From the NCBI GenBank assembly GCA_019912665.1, contig JAIOIE010000018.1:624690-688689 (forward strand): DNA of 64,000 nucleotides, in the 5' to 3' direction. Positions 17,906 through 26,194 of this stretch are shown in pieces (position 1 is the first letter of the stretch; each line of letters opens with the position of its first letter). The translations under genes and the position numbers were made by a program. Origin of the DNA: Deltaproteobacteria bacterium. Its GTDB lineage: Bacteria > Desulfobacterota > GWC2-55-46. The notes under the pieces were generated by a model, which was not told the DNA's origin, did no database searches, and saw nothing but the letters and a program-made list of their open reading frames with translations.

Positions 17906-19504
17906 ATGGCTCGAATTGGCGCCCTCAGGCTTACACTCCTCATCCTTTCCCTTGCAGTATCAGTCCCAGCCTTTGCCCAGGAGGCCGTGCCGAGGCTTTC
18001 TGACGCGGAATTCGCCAGAGCCAAGCAGATATATTTCGACAGGTGCGCCGGATGCCACGGCACGCTCAGGAAGGGGGCTACCGGGCCCAACCTGGAACCT
18101 GAGAAGACACGCGTAATACCGGTCGAATCGCTGGCCATCATACTGGCCGAGGGCACGGCCGGGGGGATGCCCCCCTGGAAGGACATACTCTCGCAGGAGG
18201 AGATGGAGCTGGTATCCAGGTACCTGCACCTCGACCCTCCCCTTCCACCTGAGTGGAGCATGGACCAGGTAAGGGAGTCCTGGAAGCTCGTGGCCCCGGT
18301 CGAAAAGAGGCCTAAAAGCCCGCCGAAGAGGAACTGGCAGAACTACTTCGGGGTCATACAGAGGGATGTGGGGAAGGTGAGCGTGATAGACGGGGACACA
18401 AAGGAGGTCCTCTCCACCCTTGATACGGGGTTCGCGGTCCATATCCTGCGCACATCGGCCTCGGGCAGGTACATGTACTCCATAGGACGGGACGGGAAGG
18501 CCACCATGATAGACCTCTGGATGGACCCGCCCGGCATAGTCGCCGAGATAAAGACCGGGATAGACGCAAGGTCCATAGACACGAGCAAGTACAAGGGCGA
18601 ACTAGGGGACTTTACCGACACCTATGCGGTGGTCGGCAATTACTGGCCTCCACATTATGTGATAATGAAAGGAGACACCCTCGAGCCGCTCAAGATCGTA
18701 AGCACGCGGGGGTACACCTACGACACGAACGAGTTCCACCCGGAGCCGAGGGTCGCCTCGATAGTCTCGTCGCACAACGCGCCGGAGTTCGTCCTTAACA
18801 TCAAAGAGACCGGGGTCGTCCTACTCGTCGATTACAGCAAGCTCGACGCCGGCACTGTGACAGAAACGAAGATAAACGCCGAACGGTTCCTCCACGACGG
18901 CGGCTGGGACTCTACCAAGCGCTACTTCCTCGTTGCCGCGAACATGAGAAATAAGGTCGCTGCCATAGATACCCTCGAAAGAAAACTTACTGCCCTGATA
19001 GAGACCGGGAACAAGCCGCACCCCGGAAGGGGCGCAAACTGGGTGGACCCTGAGTACGGCCCTGTCTGGGCCACCCCGCACATGGGCGAGCCCATGGTGG
19101 CGGTCATAGGCACGGACCCCGAAGGACATCCCGAGCACGCCTGGAAGGTCGTAAGGAAGATACCGGTTGCCGGGAACGGGCTCTTCATCAAGACCCACCC
19201 GAAGAGCGACAATATCTGGATCGATAATATCCTCAGCAAGGACGTGGAGGTCGCCCAGACGCTCACGGTCATAAGCAAGAGCGATATCGGGGCAGAGCCG
19301 GTAAACTTGAGGCTCAGCGACTGGGGCAAGCTGGTCCATATGGAATACAACCGGGCCGGCGACGAGGTGTGGGTTTCTGTCTGGGAAAGGGAGGGCGAGA
19401 TAATCGTAATAGACGACAAGACCCGCAAGGTAAAAAACAGGATAAAGCTGGCTACCCCCACGGGAAAGTTCAACGTCTACAATACGATGATGGACATATA
19501 TTGA
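17906..19504 (+). CDS. nirS: Cytochrome cd1 nitrite reductase
   Basis: Signal peptide, heme c site FDRCAGCHGTLRKGATGPNL, then a d1 beta-propeller with long stretches matching Pseudomonas NirS (PPEW..ESWK, GRDGKATMIDLW, YWPPHYVIM, HPEPRVA). AAGGAG RBS. Confidence 0.93.
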   Translation: MARIGALRLTLLILSLAVSVPAFAQEAVPRLSDAEFARAKQIYFDRCAGCHGTLRKGATGPNLEPEKTRVIPVESLAIILAEGTAGGMPPWKDILSQEEMELVSRYLHLDPPLPPEWSMDQVRESWKLVAPVEKRPKSPPKRNWQNYFGVIQRDVGKVSVIDGDTKEVLSTLDTGFAVHILRTSASGRYMYSIGRDGKATMIDLWMDPPGIVAEIKTGIDARSIDTSKYKGELGDFTDTYAVVGNYWPPHYVIMKGDTLEPLKIVSTRGYTYDTNEFHPEPRVASIVSSHNAPEFVLNIKETGVVLLVDYSKLDAGTVTETKINAERFLHDGGWDSTKRYFLVAANMRNKVAAIDTLERKLTALIETGNKPHPGRGANWVDPEYGPVWATPHMGEPMVAVIGTDPEGHPEHAWKVVRKIPVAGNGLFIKTHPKSDNIWIDNILSKDVEVAQTLTVISKSDIGAEPVNLRLSDWGKLVHMEYNRAGDEVWVSVWEREGEIIVIDDKTRKVKNRIKLATPTGKFNVYNTMMDIY

Positions 19505-19506
19505 AA

Positions 19507-19540
19507 AGGGAAGGGGGCTTTTAAGCCCCCCTCTCTTTAG
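19507..19540 (+). terminator. Rho-independent terminator after nirS
   Basis: GGGGGC-ttttaa-GCCCCC hairpin followed by ctctcttt, immediately after the nirS stop. Confidence 0.6.
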
Positions 19541-19688
19541 CAGGTTGCGGAAAAACGCAACCTGCCAAGCAATCCAGGGATGGATTGCCAAATTGCGAGC
19601 CTGTAAAGTCGAGCAATTTGTGAGACTTGCACGAATTCACTTCGGGCAAGTCGTGGCTGAAAAAGTCCAGGAAGGACTTTTTTCAGCA
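19537..19688. repeat. Intergenic hairpin repeat, family 1, copy 2
   Basis: ttaGCAGGTTGCGgaaaaaCGCAACCTGC is a perfect 10-bp stem. The copy ends with gctgaaaaagtcc-agga-aggacttttttcagc. Both ends resemble the termini of the copy at 2669-2836. Confidence 0.65.
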
Positions 19689-19730
19689 TACTGTTAGATT
19701 ACAATGACTTTCTTCAGCGCGCCTTTCGCA

Positions 19731-20192
19731 TCACCTGCACGATGCCGCATATGAGGCCGCCGCCTCTCCAAGGAGGTCCGCGTCGATATGGACGCAACCG
19801 GCCTTTAGCACGCCGAACCTCTCCCTCTCCATTATCGCCGGATACATTTCCGGGGTATATCGGTCCCCAAGGGCGGCGAATATGCTCTCCTCTGAATGGA
19901 TGTTTCTGTAAGATACCGGGGCGGAGGGTTCAACGCCCTTGTCGCTCTCCTTTTTATCCTGAGCCACGCCTCCGTCATTCCCCTTTTTATCCTGGGCCGC
20001 GCTCTCGCGGTTGTCTTCCAGGGCAGATACGAACCTCTGGAAGTTGGTGTAGGTCGTTTTTTCCAGGTAAGCGACCTGGACCCCGGACGACCCGTCCTTG
20101 CCGGGAAGTTCTTCGGATGCGGAAGCCTGGGAGGCAACCGAAACCATAGCGAATGCCGTCAGGGCAAACGATAAAAACGTAAATCTTTTCAC
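19731..20192 (-). CDS. Hypothetical secreted protein with an internal AQDKK repeat
   Basis: GTG start 5 nt after a GGAGG RBS. Signal peptide MKRFTFLSFALTAFAMVSVASQASA, imperfect repeat AAQDKKGNDGGVAQDKKESDKGV, and two C-terminal Cys. No family recognised. Confidence 0.55.
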   Translation of the reverse strand: MKRFTFLSFALTAFAMVSVASQASASEELPGKDGSSGVQVAYLEKTTYTNFQRFVSALEDNRESAAQDKKGNDGGVAQDKKESDKGVEPSAPVSYRNIHSEESIFAALGDRYTPEMYPAIMERERFGVLKAGCVHIDADLLGEAAASYAASCR

Positions 20193-20324
20193 TTCCGCCT
20201 CCTTCCTCGCGATATGCTTCTGCGCAATAGAATGCCGCGCCCCGCATTGGGGCCTTTTTGCCGATTGATTCCGTTGATCTGATGGTGATCGCAAGAGAGA
20301 GAAGCGAGCTGCAGGAGGATATAC

Positions 20325-20353
20325 CTATAATACGGGAGAGATGCCTTTGTCAA
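20325..20353 (-). promoter_or_regulatory. Putative sigma70-type promoter for the 19731-20192 gene
   Basis: On the minus strand, TTGACA-N16/17-ATTATA/TTATAG lies in the 200-nt gap after nirN. Confidence 0.3.
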
Positions 20354-20395
20354 GCCCAAATTTCAGGAAGCCGCGTAGACAGCGGGGAATATGAT

Positions 20396-21802
20396 TCAGA
20401 ACCGCCTGTTCGAGGCGTTGTACTTGCCGACAGGCCTTTTGAAGGGAATGGACTTTACCGGCTCAAGGCTTCTTGTGTCGTATACCGCTATCCTCCCGTC
20501 GTCTTCCGAGACGCTCACGAGCGCAAAGGCCCCGTCCCTCGTGAACTCAATATGCATGGCCTTTTTCCCCGGCTCCGGGACCACCTCGCCTGAAATGGCA
20601 AGGGTCTTTTTATCGATGAGCTGGATCGTGTCCGTGCCGGTGTCGACCCAGATGTGCGGAACGTTCTCGTGCGTGCGCGCAAAAAAGCCCGGCCCCTTCA
20701 CCTTCATTTCGGCCAGAAGCTCCCAGTCCCCGAGCCGTAGGACGCTCAGGACCGGCGCGCCTATGTGCGGGAATGCGGCGAACCCGGCCCCTTCCGTCTC
20801 CCAGAACGCCGCTGAGGCGAGGTGCGGCATGCCCGACTTGAGGGTTAGCTCCTTTACTACCCTCTCTTCCTTCAAGTCCAGGACCCATAGCTTTCCGCTC
20901 CCCCTTGAAGTGGCGGCCATGTATCTTTCCCCCGGCTCGATGAAGAAATCCGTCACTGGCGTATCGGTCTCCATGAACTTCACTTCAAGCGCGTTATCAT
21001 CGATAAAGAGAAGGCCTGCCCTGTCCCTTGCGGCTGCCACGAACCTCCGGCCCTCTCTCAAGGCGTAGACAGAACTTATCGGCCCGGCATCCCGGAGCGA
21101 CCTTATCGGCTCAAGGGTCGCGGCATCGAAGACCACGAGCCCGGCCGGCAGAAGGGACGCAACCGCCACCTTTTTCCCGTCTGCAGAGACCGCCAGGTTC
21201 CTCGCGCTTATGCCAGCCCTTATCCTTCCTGCCTCCCTGAGGTCAAGGAGGTCGTATTTTATGACCCAGCCGTCCCTTGACGATATGAACGCTTGCTCAA
21301 GGCCGGGGCCGAACTTGGGCCCGCCGTGGACCGCTCCGGCCTTTACGCTCCCCATTAGCTCGAAGCTCTCTCCGTCCATGAAATGCACCGTATTTCTGCC
21401 CGCCTCAACGACCATGAAGAGGTTATCCCTGTTATGGACGGATCCGGACCCGTCCTCCAGGGCGGAAATAACGCGGGTCGAAAGCATCTCTTTAAAGCCC
21501 CACTCTGGTGCTTTTGCCGGGGTCTTTACGAAGCGGGCAGCCTCAAGAAGTTCCTCGTCCGAAAGGACGCCCTTAAAGGGAGGCATGTTGGTCGCCTTTA
21601 TCCCATCTCTTATTATCGAGGCGAGCTCAGTCTCGTTTTTAGAGCCGAGGTACTCGGGTATGAGGGGCGGCCCAGTCAACCCGTGCCTTTCCGGGTGGTG
21701 GCACGAGGCGCAGTGCTTGAGATAGAGGGGCTCTCCTCCGGCCAGGGCGCCGCTTCCCGGGGAGACAAATATCGCGATTATTACAGTTAAGGCGAGTCTC
21801 AT
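20396..21802 (-). CDS. nirN: NirN-like cytochrome c + d1-type beta-propeller protein (dihydro-heme d1 dehydrogenase)
   Basis: Signal peptide, CASCH heme c site, and NMPPF, followed by a NirS/NirF-like propeller. The 468-aa length and architecture fit NirN. Confidence 0.8.
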   Translation of the reverse strand: MRLALTVIIAIFVSPGSGALAGGEPLYLKHCASCHHPERHGLTGPPLIPEYLGSKNETELASIIRDGIKATNMPPFKGVLSDEELLEAARFVKTPAKAPEWGFKEMLSTRVISALEDGSGSVHNRDNLFMVVEAGRNTVHFMDGESFELMGSVKAGAVHGGPKFGPGLEQAFISSRDGWVIKYDLLDLREAGRIRAGISARNLAVSADGKKVAVASLLPAGLVVFDAATLEPIRSLRDAGPISSVYALREGRRFVAAARDRAGLLFIDDNALEVKFMETDTPVTDFFIEPGERYMAATSRGSGKLWVLDLKEERVVKELTLKSGMPHLASAAFWETEGAGFAAFPHIGAPVLSVLRLGDWELLAEMKVKGPGFFARTHENVPHIWVDTGTDTIQLIDKKTLAISGEVVPEPGKKAMHIEFTRDGAFALVSVSEDDGRIAVYDTRSLEPVKSIPFKRPVGKYNASNRRF

Positions 21803-22308
21803 GCGGTTGAGCTGCCCGCGGGCTCGGCCCGGTAGTTTATGAAATAGACGGGGGAGCTTTTTTTAAACTCCCTCACCGTATGAAGGGACTTTTGCCTGGA
21901 CGCGCCCGCCTTTTCCGCCAGCCCGACTATAACCGCCTCAAGGTCTTCGCGTGAGTTCCCATGTACCATGGTGTAGACATTAAAGGGGAAGCCCTCGAAC
22001 CTGGGTCGTATGTAGCAGTGGCTCACCCTCGGGTGCCCGGCAAGGGCGCTCCCGGCTTCATCTGCCCCCTTGTCGTCTATATCCCAGACCACCATCGCGT
22101 TATTCCTGAACCCCGCGTTTCTTGGGGTAAGCGCGGCCCCGAACCTCCTTATGACCCCGCATTCGAGTAGTGAGGCCGAGCGCTCAAGGACCTCTTCCAC
22201 GCTCCAGCCGAGGCGTAAGGCGGCCTCGTGGAAAGGCCTGGCCGTAAGAAAGAGGCCCTCGTCCTGAAGGACCCTTATGAGCGCAATGTCCCTGGGGTCG
22301 CGTATCAT
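21799..22308 (-). CDS. Siroheme decarboxylase subunit, AsnC/Lrp-like (NirL/NirH type)
   Basis: 169 aa. wHTH-like N-terminus (DIALIRVLQ), GVIRRFGA, and VSHCYIRP, typical of NirDLGH/AhbAB. ATGA overlaps at both ends. Confidence 0.8.
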   Translation of the reverse strand: MIRDPRDIALIRVLQDEGLFLTARPFHEAALRLGWSVEEVLERSASLLECGVIRRFGAALTPRNAGFRNNAMVVWDIDDKGADEAGSALAGHPRVSHCYIRPRFEGFPFNVYTMVHGNSREDLEAVIVGLAEKAGASRQKSLHTVREFKKSSPVYFINYRAEPAGSSTA

Positions 22309-22769
22309 TCCACCCTCAAATCCACCTTGACCTTGAACATCCTTGCAGCCGGGAGGTTATGGACCCGGTCTATTCCGGCCCTTTCGCATATGTCGGATAC
22401 GACCTCGCCTATGGCTTCCCTGGAAGGGGCTATTACGGTGAACCAGAGGTTCGGGACCCCGTCCCGCTGGTAGTTGTGCGTGACCTCGGGCCGGGAATTT
22501 ATTATTGATGCGACCTGCTCTATTCTCTCCTCAGGCACATGCACTGCGCAAAGTGTCGATGATGAACCCATCTTTTTGGCGTCAAAGAACGGACCCACCT
22601 TGCGGACGACCCCGGCCTTGACGAGCCGCCTTACTCTCGAAAGCGCCTCATCCCCGGTCACCCCAGCCATTTTTCCAAGCTCCTCATAGGGCTCTGCCTT
22701 TAACGGAAAACCGCCCTGTACGATGTTAAGGAGCGCCTTGTCGATACTGTCGAGCATATGTTCCGCCAT
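22305..22769 (-). CDS. Siroheme decarboxylase subunit, AsnC/Lrp-like (NirD/NirG type)
   Basis: 154 aa. LDSIDKALLNIVQGGFPL, GVVRKVGPFF, and PEVTHNYQRD, typical of NirD/NirG/AhbA. Confidence 0.8.
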   Translation of the reverse strand: MAEHMLDSIDKALLNIVQGGFPLKAEPYEELGKMAGVTGDEALSRVRRLVKAGVVRKVGPFFDAKKMGSSSTLCAVHVPEERIEQVASIINSRPEVTHNYQRDGVPNLWFTVIAPSREAIGEVVSDICERAGIDRVHNLPAARMFKVKVDLRVE

Positions 22770-22914
22770 AATGGTCTCCCGCCGAGCTTAAGGAAAGTAG
22801 AACACCACAAACGCGGCCTGTCAACCGGGCGCTCGTGCGGATTTACTTTTTTCTGCTATGCTGTCTTATATCCAGCCGGGGACCAAATGAATCGGCGGTC
22901 CCCTTGGGGGTGCG

Positions 22915-24072
22915 ATGCTATCGGTTTCAGGGATACTTTCCGGAAAGACCTCTGGCAGCAGCCGGACGGAAAGGCTCCGCTATTCGCGGGAGTCAAGGCC
23001 GGTGGTCGTCTGGAACCTGACCCGCAGCTGCACCTTGAGTTGCCTGCATTGCTATAACGATTCCCGGGACAGGGCGTTCGACGGGGAGCTTTCGACTGCC
23101 GAGGCCGTCTCCGTAATCGATAGCCTTTCCGTTTTCGGCGTCCCTGCCATAGTCTTCTCCGGCGGCGACCCTCTTACAAGAGACGATATTTTCCATCTGG
23201 CGGGATACGCTGGCTCAAAGAGGATACGGACTATTCTTTCAACGAGCGGGGTGCTCATCGACGAGCCCGCTGCCAAAAGAATCAAAAAGGCCGGGTTCTC
23301 GTATGCGGGCGTAAGCATCGACGGAAGCGAGGAGACGAACGACAGGCTCCGCGGCTCGAAGGGGAGCTTCAAAAAGGCCCTGGACGGGATACGGTGTCTT
23401 AAGGGCCTTGACATTCCCACGGGCGTTCGCATTACCTTGAGCAGGAACAATGCCGGAGAGCTCCCCTTCATCTTCGACCTGATTGAAAAGGAAGGGCTTG
23501 AACGGGGATATTTCGCGCACCTTGTCTACTCCGGCAGGGGCGGGGCTTTTTCCAGGGAAGACCTCGGCTACGCCGAGACAAGGGCGGCGCTCGACTATAT
23601 CTTCGAGCGCGCGGCAGGCTTTATCGAAAAGGGCGTTCATAAGGAGATCGTCACAGGCAGCAACGACGCTGACGGGGCCTACCTGTATCTCAAGCTCAGG
23701 GAGAGCGACCCGGAAAAGGCGGAGGCAATGCGCGGGCTCCTATCCGGAAGAGGCGGCAATACCGCGGGCGTGAACATCGCCTGCATAGACAACCTGGGCA
23801 GGGTGCACGCTGACCAGTTCTGGCAGGGCCATCCGCTCGGTAGCGTAAGGGAGCGGCCCTTCGGAGAGATATGGAGGGGTCCGGAGCCGCTCCTTAACGC
23901 GCTCCGGGACAGGAAGGCGTTCATAAAGGGCCGGTGCAACTGGTGCTCGTTCTTTGATATCTGCGGCGGGAACAGCAGGGCAAGGGCCGCATCCGCATAC
24001 GGCGACTTCTGGGCAGAGGACCCGGCCTGCTATCTTACGGACGAGGAGATAGGGATAAAGCTCGAAAATTGA
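22915..24072 (+). CDS. nirJ: Heme d1 biosynthesis radical SAM protein
   Basis: VVWNLTRSCTLSCLHCY (CX3CX2C) and a C-terminal Cys cluster (CNWCSFFDICGG). 385 aa, matching NirJ/AhbC-D-like enzymes, in nir context. Confidence 0.85.
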   Translation: MLSVSGILSGKTSGSSRTERLRYSRESRPVVVWNLTRSCTLSCLHCYNDSRDRAFDGELSTAEAVSVIDSLSVFGVPAIVFSGGDPLTRDDIFHLAGYAGSKRIRTILSTSGVLIDEPAAKRIKKAGFSYAGVSIDGSEETNDRLRGSKGSFKKALDGIRCLKGLDIPTGVRITLSRNNAGELPFIFDLIEKEGLERGYFAHLVYSGRGGAFSREDLGYAETRAALDYIFERAAGFIEKGVHKEIVTGSNDADGAYLYLKLRESDPEKAEAMRGLLSGRGGNTAGVNIACIDNLGRVHADQFWQGHPLGSVRERPFGEIWRGPEPLLNALRDRKAFIKGRCNWCSFFDICGGNSRARAASAYGDFWAEDPACYLTDEEIGIKLEN

Positions 24073-24082
24073 AGGGGGCGAG

Positions 24083-25312
24083 ATGAGAAATGCGGGAATT
24101 ATAATCGGGGTCCTGCTCTTTCTGTTTGCGGGCGCAGGCCGGTCCGCCGAAGCGGAGAGCGTGAAAAAGGTCTACGGAACAGCGGCCCTGATGGTGGTGG
24201 TCGAAAGGGAAGACGGCAGGGTCGCGGTAATAGATTCCGTGAACCACGAACTTATAGGAAGGATAGCCGGGCTTGGCAACCTGAGGCACGCATCGATCGT
24301 ATTTTCGAGGGACGCGAGGTTCGCGTTCGTCGCTGCAAGGGACGGCATGATTAGCAAGATAGACCTGCTGGGCATGGAAATCGCCGCCCAGAAAAAAGCA
24401 GGCGATAGCTCCATAGGCATCGCCATATCCAGGGACAACAGGTACATAATGGTATGCAACTACGAGCCGGGCGGGGCAGTCATCATGGACGCAGCCTCTC
24501 TCGAAATAGTAAAGGAGATCCCGGCGGAATTCACCCTGCCGGACGGGAGCAAATCAAGGGCGAGGACCGTCGGCCCGCTCGATACCGCCGACAACCTCAT
24601 GATATTCGCGCTCATGGAAGGGAACGCGGTCTGGGTGGTGGACATGAGAAAGGAAGGTTTCCCGGCCGTAAGGAAATTCGAGGACGTGGGCGACACCCCC
24701 TATGACCAGCTCATAACGCCCGACGGCAGGCATTACATGGTCGGCCTCTTGAAATCGGACTGGATGGGGCTTCTCGACACCTGGAAGCTCGACGGGATGA
24801 AAAGGATAGACGTCAGCGAGAGGAGGTCGGCGTTAAAAAAAGAGGGCGAGAAGGTCCCGCTCCACCACATACCGCATATCGAGTCATGGGCCATAGCAGG
24901 GAGGCTCGCCTTTGTGCCCGCCTTCGCTGAAAAGAGGGTGATAGTCTACGAGACCGACAACTGGACTGTCGTAAAATCAATACCTGTCTCAGGCACGCCG
25001 CTATTCGTGGTGGCGCGTCCGGGCGGCAGGGAGATATGGGTGGATAACGTCGGAGAGCCCGGAAGCAAGGAGGAAAGGCTCATAGAGGTCATAGACATTG
25101 AGAGCCTTGAGGTCAAGAAGGCCATAGACGCGGGAAAGGGGGCCATACACCCCCAGTTCACGCCCAAGGGCGAGGCGGTCTATATATCGATACAGGGCGA
25201 GGACAGGATAGCGGTCTACGACGCCGACACCTACACGCTTATAAAGGATTTCCCGGCAAAAAAGCCCTCGGGGATATTCTCGTCGGACAGGGCCTCAAAG
25301 TTCGGCCTCTGA
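24083..25312 (+). CDS. nirF: Heme d1 biosynthesis protein NirF (d1-type beta-propeller, no heme c site)
   Basis: Signal peptide and NirS-like propeller repeats (DGRVAVIDSVNHE.., ARDGMISKIDLL). No CxxCH. 409 aa. Confidence 0.8.
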   Translation: MRNAGIIIGVLLFLFAGAGRSAEAESVKKVYGTAALMVVVEREDGRVAVIDSVNHELIGRIAGLGNLRHASIVFSRDARFAFVAARDGMISKIDLLGMEIAAQKKAGDSSIGIAISRDNRYIMVCNYEPGGAVIMDAASLEIVKEIPAEFTLPDGSKSRARTVGPLDTADNLMIFALMEGNAVWVVDMRKEGFPAVRKFEDVGDTPYDQLITPDGRHYMVGLLKSDWMGLLDTWKLDGMKRIDVSERRSALKKEGEKVPLHHIPHIESWAIAGRLAFVPAFAEKRVIVYETDNWTVVKSIPVSGTPLFVVARPGGREIWVDNVGEPGSKEERLIEVIDIESLEVKKAIDAGKGAIHPQFTPKGEAVYISIQGEDRIAVYDADTYTLIKDFPAKKPSGIFSSDRASKFGL

Positions 25313-25354
25313 TACGGGTTTTAATTTCAAGCGCATGGGTGCTATAATAACAGA

Positions 25355-25633
25355 ATGGCACAGTGCTTCCACTGCAAGAAGGCCATAGAGGCCAGGTGCA
25401 GGCCCGGCAGGGGCGAGTCATGCCCGGTCTGCGGCTCGGACCTGCTGGTATGCCTGAACTGCGGGTTCTATGACCCGGCCTCCTATAACGAATGCCGGGA
25501 ACCTGCTGCCGAAAGGGTGCTCGATAAGGAAAAGGCCAACTTCTGCGAGTACTTCGAGTTCAGGGAGGCGGCGTCTGGACGCGGCAAGGGAACCGATTCG
25601 GTAGAGGAGCTAAGAAAGCTATTCAAAACCTGA
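25355..25633 (+). CDS. Small Cys-rich zinc-ribbon protein
   Basis: 92 aa with three CxxC pairs (CFHC, CPVC, CLNC) plus extra Cys and an ANFCEYFEF tail. Codon usage is native. Confidence 0.6.
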   Translation: MAQCFHCKKAIEARCRPGRGESCPVCGSDLLVCLNCGFYDPASYNECREPAAERVLDKEKANFCEYFEFREAASGRGKGTDSVEELRKLFKT

Positions 25634-25675
25634 GCTGCCGTAGCGCGCCCTGATAAGACGAATCCCGCCAAATTC

Positions 25676-26122
25676 CTAATCGTACACCTTGTGACCGTTC
25701 TCGGAGAGCCAGTTCATCTGCTCGGCGCTGAGCCTCTTCTGGCACACGTACCAGTTCTCGTTATAGATCCTCACCCAGCCCTGGTCCTCGAGCTCCGGGA
25801 CCTTCTTGCCGAGTACGCAAAACGCGAGCACGTCGTGCGCGTAGGTGGGGCAGCCGTAGAACCTCCCCTCGCGCGAAAGCCAGCCGGAATTGCATTCCGG
25901 GTCGTAGTACGGGGTCTTGGTCCAGTCAAGGAGGCGGATGTGCTCGGACGAGACCGATTCCAGAACGAGATCGCGCTCGTCTTTTTCCTTCCAGCGGCTC
26001 CGCGCGACGTCTTCCCAGTGCCCGCCCCTGTCCTTCATCCAATAGGCCGGGGATCCGGGTTTTTCCTGCTCGGAACCGGGGCTGACGAGGAAATAATTCT
26101 TATGTCCGGTTTTGGTCTTCAT
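25676..26122 (-). CDS. Hypothetical protein (Trp/Tyr-rich, no recognised domain)
   Basis: 148 aa. High third-position GC and balanced composition, unlike the overlapping plus-strand ORF, which looks like a shadow frame. Confidence 0.6.
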   Translation of the reverse strand: MKTKTGHKNYFLVSPGSEQEKPGSPAYWMKDRGGHWEDVARSRWKEKDERDLVLESVSSEHIRLLDWTKTPYYDPECNSGWLSREGRFYGCPTYAHDVLAFCVLGKKVPELEDQGWVRIYNENWYVCQKRLSAEQMNWLSENGHKVYD

Positions 26123-26194
26123 CGGAGCGTCCCATAAAGTATAGACCGGGTCCGTTGCAAGGTCAAAGGGACCCCTGGTGGCCGGAAATCCTGC

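Noticed and set aside
17266-18261. 331-aa minus-strand ORF spanning the end of the second GT-C gene, the intergenic promoter region and the nirS start.
   Set aside because: It crosses two well-supported plus-strand genes and their intergenic region, and its composition is Ser/Arg/Gly-rich with low complexity.
22770-22914. FNR/DNR/NnrR-type box (TTGAT-N4-ATCAA) in the divergent nir promoter region and upstream of nirS.
   Set aside because: No match or near-match was found by eye in 22770-22914 or 17719-17905.
25691-26137. 148-aa plus-strand ORF, the mirror image of 25676-26122.
   Set aside because: Its composition (Leu/Val/Pro/Arg/Gly/Ala-rich) and low-information sequence indicate the shadow frame. 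The minus-strand frame has high GC3 and balanced, Trp/Tyr/Lys/Glu-containing composition.
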